Shown: in pieces, positions 10,985 through 24,142 of the stretch
How the letters are laid out: every line of letters starts with the position of its first letter
How positions within the stretch are numbered: the first letter of the stretch is position 1
Source of the DNA: Camelus dromedarius
Taxonomy: Eukaryota
Reading direction: 5' to 3'
NCBI RefSeq assembly: GCF_036321535.1
Contig: NC_087437.1
Span: 25,174,001-25,238,000 of the forward strand
Length of the DNA: 64,000 nt
Notes under the pieces: generated by a model
What the model was told of the DNA's origin: nothing
The model's database searches: none
The model's input: the letters and a program-made list of their open reading frames with translations, nothing else
Made by a program: the position numbers and the translations under genes

Positions 10985-13002
10985 CTGACGATCTGTTGTT
11001 CCTGTAAAGAATTCATAACACCTTCCTTGGCAGAAAACTGAAAGTCCTACTTTAGAAAACCTGCACCTCAGGTGGTTCTTGAACCCTGTAAAATAATATT
11101 TTTTTTTTCTGAGAAAACAATCAATACACACCCAATACCCAAAGGGGCCTCTGAGCTAAACCAGAATCATTAGTTTTGAGTCAGAAAATGCACATCACAG
11201 AATAAATGGCAAGAAAACAAATGCTGACAAAATATGCCCCTTTCTTTGGACCTAATCTTTGGAGAATCCTGTGTTTCTTGGAAATGAATAGCAATGGTCA
11301 ATTCCATAGATATTATAGAAAAAAATCTCAACCCTGGACAAAAGATCTTCCCAAAACAGATGACCTAGATCACATACATTAATTTTTTTGTAGACAGACG
11401 TAATGATTATGTGCTTTATATTCAAGATTGGAGAGAGAGCAGGGTATTGAAGACAAACAAGGGCTCTGGATCTGGATGATGCTAGATTTACTTTTAGTTC
11501 TAGCACCTGCTGCTCATGTAGCCATAAAGAAATTTATGAATTTTTTTCCTTCTATTACGTGCTGCCCAAGAAATCATAAAGAAATTTATTAATATCTTTT
11601 TCTCTCCTTTGCAAAATAGGAATATGCACCCAGGAAGGTTTTGTGAGGATTAGAAATAACATCTACAAAATTGAAACTCAAAAAGTGGCACTTTTTAACA
11701 AAACAGCAACAATAGTAGAAAATACTAATAAACATTGTGCTTATATCTAACAACAGTCTAATTACCCAGCTTAAATCCATTAACGTATGTTTACAAAGAT
11801 ATTTATCAATGCCCTTAGAGAATAGCAATAAGATTCTTTCTAAATCAACCACTATCATAAGGAAAGGGACTTTTCATCTTAAACTTGACTTCTAAGTCAC
11901 AAAGTGCCACTGGATTTTGCATTAGGAATTTTGGCACCGATTTGTTGGTATAACACATCACATTTCAGCTACTGTGAAGATGAGTGTCAACATTCAGTTG
12001 ATGATTCTGCTCAAATCTTCTTGTTGACAGCTGTCATCTGAAGGCTGTGATGAAGAAACCAATGATGTCTGATTTAGAAAGTCCTTTTCAAAGTCCACTC
12101 CCTATCTTGTAAAACTCAATTTACAAAACTCAATTGGTCCTTTTGATCACTTTCACTAATCCAGTTTAAGAGCTTAAAGTCCCTCCAAGTGGCCCTTAAT
12201 TAATGGCTAATATGAGTGCACAGACACGCACTTGGACTGTATCTGGGGTTAACAAGTGCATCTGTATCTTGGGATTCAATAATGACCTTCCTTCTGTGGA
12301 CAGCTGATTGAAACAATGCATGTAGTAGTTGTTTACAAACTTCAAATAAACCTGAGAGGTGAATCAATTGATCTCACTGACTCCTATCCTATAATTTTTA
12401 CTTTACTGATTCCTTGCCTTCTGACTGCTCTGCATAGGGGTAGAGAAACACCCGCTACAAGAGTATAACAAAGAAAAGAGTGTCAGTCATCACTTCTGTA
12501 ATTCCTAAAGCATGATCGTTTTGTGTTTCTAGAAAAGCTAAATCTTTTACTTTATTGAAGAACAATTTCAAATTTTAGCTTATTGGAGACCAAACATTTT
12601 CTAGGGAGTGTTTCCCAAAGAAAGTTTCTTTCCAAGGTCTTTTATATTAATAATACATTTTTGCCTATTGTTAAACCATTGAGATATAAATAAAAGCTTT
12701 CTCTCATCTAATTTGTCTATTACTTCTTGATGCATTCTAACGGTTGTATCATACATTATTCATTAGAGTACATTTTACCAAATGCAGCAATTGGAACACC
12801 GTTTCACTCCAATTTTGCCAAATGAATTAGCCAAACAAAGTACATGATTGGTTAATCACAAATATCTGGATATTTTATAATAAGAAAGTGAAAATTTTAA
12901 TAGAAGTTGTAAATTTAACAGGAGAACTAAAATACTTTCATAATAAGTATCTACCTGTTGATATTTATATTTCAGTAGCCATTCTTCTTGAGGACTTAAA
13001 GG

Positions 13003-13196
13003 ATGTGACGTCTTACAGGGAGCCACTGGTCACATGTGGCTATTTATATTTAAATTAATTAAAAGTTTAATTTAGCTTTTTGGTTGCAGCAGCCACATTT
13101 CAAGAGCTCAATAACATGGAGCTAATTGCTTCTATATTGGTCAGTGTAAATATTGAATATCTCTTTCATGTCAGAAAGTTCTATAGGACAGAGCTG
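13003..13196 (-). mobile_element. MER3 (hAT-Charlie) non-autonomous DNA transposon
   Basis: 'cacatgtggctattt...agccacatttcaag...agaaagttctataggacagagctg'; degenerate 8-bp TSD cttaaagg/ctttagag. Confidence 0.85.
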
Positions 13197-16100
13197 CTTT
13201 AGAGGGACAGTGGTGACTTTGTCCATTGACTTCCATTGCTTATGTTAGAAAATGATGAGCGCAACATTTTCTGTCATAAGATGAAACTATTTCAACTTCT
13301 CTTTGGTGCTTAATATAGCCCATTCTCTTTCAATTGTACATTTCAGATTGTACATTGCAGAAATGACCCCTGAAATTGTAGCTTCAATGGGCTTGCAGAA
13401 ATCATAATTGTTTCCTAGATGTAATGTGTAAAATAATATTAAACCATTCACAGTGATTAAAACACCCTCAACAAATCTATATAGAAGTAATCTAGAGAAG
13501 TAATTGCTGTATATGCCCCTTGTGGTATCCTGCTTCCTCATAATTTCATACATATACACGTTCTTTTGGCACTGTCTTTGATCAGTTTGAAATGGAAGAG
13601 CCAAGAGGCTCTCTTTCCTGGAAACACAAACACACACAAAACAAAACCTCTTTTGTCTTTTACTCATTGTCACCAAAAATAAATAAATGATACAAATGGT
13701 TCTTTTACTGGTTTTAAAAGTAGAGCTAGAAATTATGTGAAGTTGGGACTGTTGAATTATTCATGTGTTCTGATTGAATGGGATCATTATCTCTGGCCTT
13801 ACAAGCTAATAAATACTGTCTAATGCCTGGATACTGTTTTGATGTAATAGTGTCAGGAAAAAGAAAAAACAGCTGACTTCTTTGCAAGCTTGAGCCTAAA
13901 TTAGGGAGGAGCTCCCTGATGAGTTCCTTGCAAAGAAGCGTGTGTGTGTGCATGCATGTGTGTGCATGTGTGCAGGCACACGCATTTGAGTGACTGTGTG
14001 GGTCTAGCCACAAATCTGAAATATCTCGGACAATTCTGTGTCGGCCTTCTCTCAATCTCTCTTAAGGCCTTTTGAGTTAGACGTGCAACTCCAAAGCTGC
14101 AGAAGGGCTCGGTCGTCTGCTATTTGCTGCCATTTCCCTCTCCTTTCTCTGTTCTCATCTACCATATAGTACGTAAAAAGTATCTCAGAAAATGCAGATT
14201 GAGGCTAAATGATTACGCTATCTAATCGTTCGCCAGTGAACAGTCAAATAATCTTAAATTATAGACCAGTGAGTTTTCTCTCCCAGATTGATTTCAGCGA
14301 GTGAATTTGCTTTGAGTTTAACATCACTGTAAACCAGGAGAGTAGAAAGCCTGAATTAAGGTTGTGCTCTTAAAAGCAATCACAGAAAGATGCGCATTTG
14401 TAAGCCGGTTTGAAAGTATGGAGATAAATGTAGTTGACAGTTGGTTTCAGAGAAAGTAAAATTAGAGGTGGACTATACTACAAAATATCTTTATAGGCTA
14501 ATAGTCAGAGCACCATAGAAGAATCTGTTAGACATCAAAGAAAAATATCATTATCGAGTATGCTGATTTGTTTATCAAAATGCATACTATCTTTTCTTCT
14601 TTTAGAATGCCACTTTTTTTTTCTCAAGTGACGTGGAGTCTATTCAGAGTATAAGAACATCCAACAAAGAGCCTGTTAGCAATTCAGTCGTTTGCAAAAT
14701 TTACGCAGGACCAAAAGTCTTTTCCTCTGAGACAGCTGGCTTGGTCTTACACTGAGTACATAGGTTTTCCAGACTGCTTTTCTCAACATCTAACACAAGC
14801 TAATAAATCATGCAATTTAATTAAGTTTCTTAACAGGAATTAAAGTGTGTGAAGCATCTACTGGAATGGGTGTGAATCCTAGTCTGATAATGCTGCCCTA
14901 GAAGAGCTGTCTGCCTTTTTCCATTTCATTTGGGAAGCAACGGAGGACGGGTGAGGTTTTTCAAAAAGGAAACAACACCCTTTATTAGCCAGTAGGGCTA
15001 ACCCTCACCTGTGATGTTACTGTGTTTTTCTGCCAAACAGCTATGGAATTTTATGCTTAGACCGAAGAAAACAAATCTGAATTTGGAGCGCAAAGAAAAA
15101 TGACAGAGGTGGGTAAACTACAGTATCCCGTTTAGGACTGTTACTGTTTCGACCTTTTTCTTTGAGAAATAGGAAGTGCCCCTCCAGACGGGCAGAATAA
15201 TGCATTTCATGCCTTTGCTTCCCAGAAGACACAAACTGCCAATTTTTCTCCAGTACTGTGCACCTGTCAGCGTGCTAGGTGCGGACCTGACAGTCCACCC
15301 ATGCTCCAATTCCGCCAGGCCAGCATGGTTGGCAGGACGCCTGTCCCCAAACAGGGCCTCTGGCGCTCGGCTTCCCCTGTTCACTTGCACTGTGACAGGC
15401 TGCACACAAGACAGATATGTGGGTCTGAGGCAGCGCCTGTGGATACGCCCAGCAGGGTCCAAGGAGCATCGCTGGTGTTCTCAATAATTTGCTATTAGTA
15501 TTGCCCGAAAAGTGAGGAGTGCACTATTGAGTGATAAAGACACATTTTATAAGGAAAATATACACATTATAACACAATATATATTTTTGATGTTGGATTC
15601 AAAGGGATCACGCAGAGATGGAGAAGAGCAGGCAAGAAAGGGAGCAACAGCACGAGCTGGGGAACTTCCACGTCGCTTCATATGGATAGTTTGGCTCAAT
15701 GGTGAAAGTGTGATGGATGAAAATGAAAAACATGAGGTTCAAAGAAAGACAAGAGAGGATGCAGTGCTGTCCTGACTCTTGTCATGTTCCCATATAATTT
15801 TACGTTATTCTTTATTCTTCCCTTACAATATGGAAATTCGGTGGATTACTTACAATGAGAGTTCCGAGTTTATGTAGAATTTTCTATCACGAGATCCTGG
15901 TCAGTTGTGCTCTAAGAGCAGCTCACTCACTTAGCACTGCCTCTCCCCCCGCCACCCCTGCATCTGTGAATACACGCTTTTGCTGGTCAGCCCCCCTGGG
16001 TTCTCACAAAACAGTTATGGAAAGGGACACGCGTGCATATTTACCATGGGTGCATTCATAATTCAGTGTTAGACGTACAGAGGCGTGTATAGACTGACAG

Positions 16101-16999
16101 CCTCCCAGCTCCGTGATGTACGGGCTGCCCCACATCACTGGTGACTTGGAGATTTACTCTCTCTTTGGTGTTTTACGGTCAGATCTTTGGACTTTGTAGT
16201 GTGCTCCATTCGCTGTCATTTATAGAACTCATGTTTTCAGACTTATTACTCAATATTCCCTCAACTGAACATTCCACTTCCTCTCCCATCAGGACCCAAG
16301 TCAGCACATCTTTATCCAGGTACACCTTCCTTCAGTCATCTGGTACCATTTGCCACGTAAAGATATAAGTCTAAAGGTCGAGAGAGGAAACAGGATTTTC
16401 AACAGCAGCACCATTTATTTTTCTCTCTCCTTTGCCCCCTGCTTTTAACCAACAGCCTAACTTTCCTTGTTGATCGTTAATTTGATCTTAAAGTGGAATT
16501 AATTAAAATAATATAAGTGTATAACAGAAATAATGCAACCAGTGAAAATAATGCTATAGATAAATATCAATGTGGAATTATGTTCATAACTTAAACAAAC
16601 CAAATTACAGAACAATGTTAAACCTACCTTTTAGTTAAAACATATGTGCATCTGATTATAGAAGAGTATAAAAGTACATAAATGGACATAATGAATATAT
16701 ATGTGCATGTACATATATCAGCATATATGTATGACTGAGCAATGGGATTACAATTGTTTTTTTTAAATTAACCTTTTTGTTTGCCTATACCACTAATCTT
16801 CCAACAGTGAATCAGGATTGTTTTTGTGATACTATTAAGATCATTAATATTTTTTCAAATGTAGAAATGTACCAAACTTTTAGTACAGTATAAACTGTAT
16901 AGTATAAATCCACAACCAGGTACTTCACATTTCTCCATGTGATGGAAAATTCATTTCTCAACATTAGTTCAAAGATATAAATGAGCCACTTGTGGAGCT

Positions 17000-17170
17000 G
17001 GTAGATGCAGTGAACTTCATAAGGAAACTCAGATTTTAGTTTTATCCAGTCTCACCACATGTAACCTTGCAAACTTCAGTAACTCCTCAAGTAATGTTTT
17101 CTTATATACAAATGAGATGACTGGATAGAGACTGTGAATGTCCCATCAACTCTGAATACCTATGATCACT
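17000..17170 (+). mobile_element. MIR3-like SINE
   Basis: Tail 'aaatgagatgactggatagag...tcccatcaactctgaatacctatgat'. Confidence 0.6.
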
Positions 17171-17319
17171 GAATGTCGCATACAGCATTTGAATTCTCTA
17201 AATAGGTAGACCTTAATATTCGGGGGAAATAATACTCCTCACAGGTAATAAGGTTACAAACGTGCATGCATTAAAAACTATACAATGCTTATCATCATGA
17301 AAACCAAACTTAAAAAAAA

Positions 17320-17455
17320 TAATAATAGCCAATACCACTGAATACTTATTATGTTCCAGGCACCGTACAAAGTTATTTACATGATTTAACTTCTTAAATC
17401 CTCAAGGCAAGCCTATGAGTTATAATTATTTTCACTGTTTAACAGGTAAAGACAT
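17320..17455 (-). mobile_element. MIR SINE fragment
   Basis: 'aataatagccaa...tacttattatgttccaggcacc...aatcctca...cctatgag'. Confidence 0.75.
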
Positions 17456-17848
17456 CCACCTATAAGGTAGGTTAGTAGATGAGTATCCGGGTTTTTTTTT
17501 CCAAGAAGGAAAAATGATAAACTACAGTCAGAGTAAACAGGTGTGGTTTATCTTTCCAATAGGCTGATTTTACACGCAATATTCATTAAATTCAGAAATT
17601 CTAAACTTTTGCTTCATCTCTTCTCATACAGTGATTAGAATATGATTAAATGAAAGTTGTGTGAGAGCCCTCCAGCTTTATAACTAAATGATTGTCTAGG
17701 ATCATATTTAGAAGATGCGGTATAAAGAAGACTGTAAGTGGTAAGTGCAGGGCTTTGAGAGAGGAAGCTGAGGGAATGCATTTTAATTCCGCTACCTCAG
17801 ACCTTCATCCTGTCCTTACCGACAGTCAATCATCGTCGGCATCCTGCA

Positions 17849-17882
17849 CTGCAATTCCTCGAGTGACCACTAGATGTCAGGC
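17849..17882 (+). promoter_or_regulatory. Candidate CTCF site with upstream module
   Basis: ctgcaattcc + 5 bp + tgaCCACTAGATGTCAGgc. Confidence 0.7.
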
Positions 17883-20169
17883 ATAAAGTCTAGGTGTGGC
17901 AATTAAGGTGACCTTTTCCGTTCTGGACTGTTTACAAAAGGGGAAACTCCCTGCCATCCCCCTCATTCTGCCTTATGACCAATGGCACTACAAGATAGCA
18001 TGTCATACATCACCCAGGCACTGCCAAATCTTTAAGTTGCTGAATCCCTTGACAGTGAAGAACAGGTCTGTATATGCCTCACACATAGTATAGTATATGT
18101 TTGATTGAAAGTGCTGGAAAAATATCTGTTGTTTGGTTGTGGAAGGGCTTCTTTGTAGGTTTTAGGGATTCCTTTCTATTCTCAATTTGCATAATTGGAT
18201 GGTCTTATTGACTAATGGATGGTAAGCACCCGGAGGTACTCTAAGAATCTGTTAATGGAGACTTAACATTGACCAGGTTCATGGTATACATACACGAGTA
18301 AGAGATCTCAAATAGCCAGGGCACTCTCCTCCTTAGTTCTCTCTCTTTAAGAAGGGGGAGATAGTAGCCAGATCTTTCCCTACCACTTGGCAACTGAAAA
18401 TAAAAGGGCAATTATCTGCATTCAATTCTTCCAAAGAAAAACATAATTCAGTATCTTAATGAGTGAATTTTTAAAATGGGAAGCTATCTTTCAATTAGAA
18501 TTCACATCAAAATCAAAGCTCAGGTCAGATGGTCTACTTCAAATCAAGACTCATAGTTGAAGAAAAATTCACCAGAGGAGGACGTGCCCTCAGGGCAGAG
18601 CCAATAACAGCTCTTCAGACAGGGCCTGTAATCAGCGAAGTGTGGGGTTGGAATTGTGTGGAGGTGTAGGTAGGCAAATGTTAGCATTTCAAAGGGCTGC
18701 CACAAGTGTTTGAGAAATGAGTTCTAAGACTTGAAGCTAGAAGACCAGCCTTCAGTTTCCCAGGGGACCAGCAGAAGAAAGCTGGTCAGGGAGAAATAGG
18801 AACAATAAGTCAGTGATGCCGAGGTCGACAATAAGATAGGGCTAGGTACGCAGTCAGCAAGGCAAGATTCACGCTTCTAGAACCAATTACATGGTCATAG
18901 CAAGAGATCAGCTAGAAAGTCAGAACAAAAGGCTTGACTGGCTACCGAATCATCAAATTATTATCCTAAACCATACAAGATTCCATTTCCAAGGAATTAG
19001 ATTGATCCCACAGCTGGGACAGGTGCAAATCTGTAGCAGGTCACCTGTACGTGAGAATATTCAAAGAAATGGAGTTAGGCAATCAGATATTTTTAAAATT
19101 TACCAAAAACCTTCTCACTTGGTAGGTAAGATAGGGAGTTCAATACAGCAGAAAGCATGACTTCTGAATTTTAGTAAAGGCAGTTGGGTAGATAAAATAT
19201 CCAAAAATATTTTATCCTTGTCTAAAATTATAATGGCTTCTTTTAAACTAAATTTCTTGTGCTTCTAATTTCTGAGAAGTATCACAATGATATGGTCAGA
19301 AAGAAATCTACTAAGGGTTGGCATCTTGGACATGTTGATGTAACTTTCGAGCAGCCTCACAAGGGTACCGTACTCACTGAGCATAATGAAGAGGGAAACA
19401 ATCTTTCATAAACTACAAAAGGATGTTCATGCAAAACTGGAGCCACATAATGTTTTCCATTATTTTCTTTTTTTAAACTTAAAGAAATGTTTATTTTAAA
19501 CTCCATCTAAAAATTAAGCAGTTAACACACCCATCAGCCACTCTGCTCCGTAGGCAGGATGGCACAGCTAATCAGCACACTTAGCTCTCACCTCTGGGGT
19601 GAGTTAGATCTGTCTTCAGTAGTAACAAACCCAAGCGTAATGGCTTCCATCTAGTCGTTGCAGAGAAAGACCTCTGGGGCTGGCATGGAGCCCTCAGGGG
19701 GCCTGGATCTGGAAGGGAGAGCCACTGTCAGGGCTGGTAAGGGCGCTGAGTGGGCTCACTGCTCCATCATCTTCCAAGTTGGCTCCATTTTGTTAAAGTA
19801 AAGTCTCTCCTGACACCTGGCACTCCAGCAGCTTCCTCGATTTTCCTCTCTCGCTGCCTCCTAGCTTGGTAGCCCACTGGTGATTTAGGTGGTGCCAGGA
19901 AGCTATCTTGGTCACCCTGAGGGGAAGGAGTCACTGGGCGATGCAGACCCTCTCCCTGGGGAGGGTGGGGAGAGCACAGTGTGAATAAGCCTCCCTGTTT
20001 CATCGCTGCCATCACCAAAATGACTGTCAAGTGATAGAAGGAGGAGGAGGTAGAAGGAGGCAGTACCCTGGTCTCATAGGATGAAAAAAAAAGATGTTCC
20101 CCTTCACCTGCATCAGTCTTCCATTATTTTCTATTGAGAGACTAACTTACATTAAAAAGAGACATAAAT

Positions 20170-20331
20170 AGATTTGAATGATGAATTTGTCACTTACTGC
20201 ATGTGTGATTACTGGGAATTCATCTTTAGAGACTCAGTTTTCTCAACTGTAAAATGGGAATAATTGTATCTAACATGAAGGACTATTGCAAGAGTTAGAA
20301 GGTATTCAATAAATGATTACTATTATTATTT
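20170..20331 (+). mobile_element. MIR SINE
   Basis: 'ctcagttttctcaactgtaaaatgggaataat' and tail 'tcaataaatgattactattattatt'. Confidence 0.85.
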
Positions 20332-21979
20332 AGTGGGTCACTGTTATTATTTCACTGAAGTCATATAGGTCATATACACCTAACCATTAGTACCTATGTC
20401 TGTTGTTAAATAGAAAGATTACATCATGGGGTTTTAGTGAACCCAAGTTATTTCTCATAAATTTCACTCTCTTTCTATAAAGATGAGTTTATTGGAGATG
20501 CCACAAAAAGTTGCAGAGGAGTACTTTTAAAACAAATTGTCACTCCACCTTCCCATGAGACAATATCAATTCCCTAAAATGAACCGTTCAAAACCCACTG
20601 AGAGTCCCAGTAGATCTGGCTAATTGGTAAACGCAGTGCCAATCCCAAGTCAAGGACCACACCTAATACCACAGGCTGAAATTGAACAAAATAATCTGGT
20701 GCCCACGGGTCACCTCTTTGCCTTAAGACCGCTCACACTAAATTAAACAAACCCACCAGCTGCTAAACACGTAAAGTAGATGGAAAACACGTCAAAATGA
20801 ACAGTGCTGACTCTACAGGATACTAAAAGCCTTCATAGAACGTGAATCAGGCTAAAATCCAAACAGTTACTTCATGTGATAATAACCCCAGTGACATGAA
20901 ATTAAGTCCTCATGTCCTTTCTGAACCTTAATCAATATACACAGGGAAAGCCAGGGTGCTTCACTTGTCCCTGTCCTATTTCGTATGTTATAAGGAAAAG
21001 GTAGTTCAGGAGGATAACATTTGTGAGACTAGGTTCCTCAAGGTAGTCAATAGATCATAGTAAAGATCAATTAATTCATTTACAACTTGTTTGATAATGT
21101 ATTTAGTTTAATTTTTAAGAAACTTTCCAACATTACACTGTGTAACTCAAAATAACTCAAAGTTAATTACACTCTGAGGACGGTGCTATTTTATACCACC
21201 ACACAACGACCCCAACACAGAGCGCGTGCACACAGTCGCCCTCACACACACACATACCACAGCTCTCAGCTCCCACACAGGCGCATACCATACCTCTCAA
21301 CCACCTCCAAATTATTTTCAATACTTGGCCAAGTGGCATTGCTAGCCTGGGAAAAGCTGAGGGTTTCATGGTTGACATAAAATATCTAAATTTTAGAACA
21401 TCACCCATGTGGAAAATGAAGTCTGAAAAGTCATTTTGCTAAAAGATTCCACAGGCAGGTGACTTTACAGTTCTTTTATTCATCACGAGGTGACTATTTC
21501 AATCCCTCTAGCTATTATTTCTAAATGTCTCACTCTCTTCAGGTTGCCAGCCACTGTTCCAGATCCTTCATGCTTCTAAAGGACCTAAACTTCTCTCATT
21601 ATTAAAATCACTCAAAGCAAGTCCTTCAACTCGCTGCTCTTGGCCTTAAAATATGACGATAGCTACATTCTTTGTGAGAGCGGAGTGATCCTTCCCCCTT
21701 GAGAGTCGCCAGCACACCCTAGGATGACTCCGCCTTAAACTATCTGGTTCTCCGCCATCCACTTTCCCTCACGGACTAGATAACTGTCAGGGTTACCTGC
21801 ACAAGACCCTGTGTGGCAAAGGTAGGAATTTGAACAACGTGATCTCTGAATCTTATCCTCTCCTCTACCTGCAAATGTACTCTTCCCCCATCTTCCTGTT
21901 TTCATTTTATGGCACCCCCATATCCACCAATTTCTCAGGGGGGAAGCCCAAAGTCCCCCAAATGTCTCTGAGTTTTGTG

Positions 21980-22750
21980 GTACTTATTGTCTGTCAGATC
22001 CTTTTCAAAGTATTTCATATGTTTGCTCATTTAATCCTTTCAACAACCTTATTTAGTTTTTTTTTTTTTTTTTGAAGTATAGTTAATTTACAATATTGTG
22101 TTAGTTTCTGGTATACAGCAAAGTAATTCAGATATATATATATATACACACACACATACACACACACATACATATACATACACACACATATTCTTTTTCA
22201 TATTCTTTTCCATTATGGTTTATTACAGGCTATTGAGTATAGTACCCTGTGCTATACAGTAGGATCTTGCTGTTTATTTTAGACATGGTAGTTTGTATCT
22301 GCTAATCTCAATCTCCTAATTTATCCCTCCCTGATCCCCTTTCTCCTTTGGTAACCATAAGTTTGTTTTCTATGTCTGTGAGTCTGTTTCTGTTTCACAG
22401 ATGAGTTCATTTGTGTTATATTTTGGATTCCACATGTAAGTGATGCCATATGGTATTTGTCTGACTTACTTCACTTAGTCTAATAATCTCTAGGCCTATC
22501 CATATTGCTGCAAATGCAATTATTTAATTTTTTATGGCTGAGTAGTATTCCATTGTGTATATATACCACATCTTCTTTATCCAGTCATCTGTCATTGTGT
22601 ATTTAGGTTCAACAACCCTATTTGAAAGGTTTCTACTAATATATTAGCTAAACAGATGAGAAAAAAGGAGGCATGGAAATTACCTAATGTTTCCAAGGTC
22701 ATACATAAGGCCAGTAAGTCTGTCTGACTTCAAAGACACTGCTTATAAGA
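21980..22750 (-). mobile_element. MIR SINE split by an L1 insertion
   Basis: 'ctcatttaatcctttcaacaacc' resumes after the L1 with 'acagatgagaaaa...ccaaggtcatac...gtctgtctgacttcaaag'. Confidence 0.8.
22055..22607 (-). mobile_element. 5'-truncated L1 (cetartiodactyl-type 3' end)
   Basis: polyT at 22057-22073; L1 3' sequence 'tatggctgagtagtattccattgtgtatatataccacatcttctttatcca'; 16-bp TSD at 22039-22054 and 22608-22623 (1 mismatch); internal (TA)n(CA)n. Confidence 0.95.
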
Positions 22751-22799
22751 GCTACAGTCACTGACGACTGACTACACAGCTCTTTCCCTTCCTTTATCA

Positions 22800-23130
22800 C
22801 TCTAACCAACAAGAACTCCTATTTGCTCCATAGATGTTTTTTCATCTCCATTCCCACTGGCTTAGAGCAGGACTTCATTTGTAATAGCCTTCTAACTGAC
22901 TTCTCTGCCTGTGGTTTTATTAGATTCTCTTCCTTCTGGTCAATTTCCAAAAGGTATGGCTCTGACTATTTCCCTGTACCTCTCAATAATATCCAAGAGC
23001 ATCCCTTTTACTTCTGAACTAAACATACCTCCTCAGCCTGACATTCATTGTTCTTTGCATTATTACTTCTCTATGTCTTTTTAGGCTGATTTCCCAAACT
23101 AGAGTATTTGCTTCTCCCGTGAGTTTTCAA
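22800..23130 (+). mobile_element. L2 LINE fragment
   Basis: 'gtaatagccttctaactgacttctctgcc...ctcctcagcctgacattca'. Confidence 0.7.
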
Positions 23131-23339
23131 TCATTTGCTTTATTTTTCCTTTAGCATCGGCCCCATACCAACTGTGCAGAATATACTATACTTCTAAAAT
23201 GGGCAGACAGTATTATGCTTTTGAACTGCAGAATACACTGCTTCCCCAAAATCAGAGCTGAACAGTAGATGGAGAGTTCAACTCTGGCTTCAAACAGAAT
23301 CCCATGCACCTATGGAAATGACTAATTTTCCTTTCCTTT

Positions 23340-23592
23340 GCCTGTAGCACCTCAAATTCAGCATACTGCTGAGGCAGAGCCCAGGTAGATCAATTAAGTG
23401 TGTGCCCTCCCCTTGTTCCTATCAGCTCCCGGTTCCCCAGGGGGACAGTTCTGAAAGCCATTCTGACTCCCCTGTCCTTCTCAGATTCAACAGTTGCCAC
23501 TCCCAGTTGAACACTCAATTCTCCTGTTACCTTGTCTTTATACTCCCCAACCCATGCTCCTCTGATGTGAATCTCTCTGGGCCACTAATACA
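23340..23592 (+). mobile_element. Old ERVL LTR fragment (LTR16-like)
   Basis: 'ccccagggggacagttctgaaagccattct', ends 'ctaataca'; highly diverged. Confidence 0.45.
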
Positions 23593-23819
23593 TTATGCAG
23601 ACTGAGAATAAACGTTCTCCTGGTCTTGTACTGTCCTAATATCCGGTAGGGAATTCCGGCTGGACTCGGCTTTCTCTGAGGTTTTACTTGTTCCCTCTCC
23701 CTCAATTCTCTTTCCTTTGCTCTCAATGCACCCTCCACCCATTACCCAGGTGGGTGGTCCAGGCTGACAATGTGCTAGGGATTGAGGATGACAACTCTGC
23801 ACAAACCTGGAGCCTGAAT

Positions 23820-24142
23820 GTCCTTTGCCCACCTCAGTAGGTAAACCTAGTGACACTCTGCTGTATTTCAAGTCCCATCTCATTTACCATCTTTCTGGGG
23901 AAACCTTCAATTCAGACCATTAAATAAATCCCCCTTTATTTTAAATTTAACTGTGTTCTAGGCTCCAAGCTATATGTTTATGTGCATTGCACAGTTAATC
24001 TTTGCAGAGAAAAGGTCATCATTATTAAGCCTATAAAGGCAGATACCCTATCTTCCTCCATTTTGTATCCACCTGTAGCAGCTAGTAGAGTGTTTTAAAC
24101 ATAGTAGGACCTCAACAAATATTTGTTGGATTGAATAATTGA
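23820..24142 (+). mobile_element. L2 LINE 3' end
   Basis: Ends 'catagtaggacctcaacaaatatttgttggattgaat'. Confidence 0.85.

Noticed and set aside
18500..19900. Possible very old LTR fragments
   Set aside because: Too diverged to assign a family or boundaries by eye
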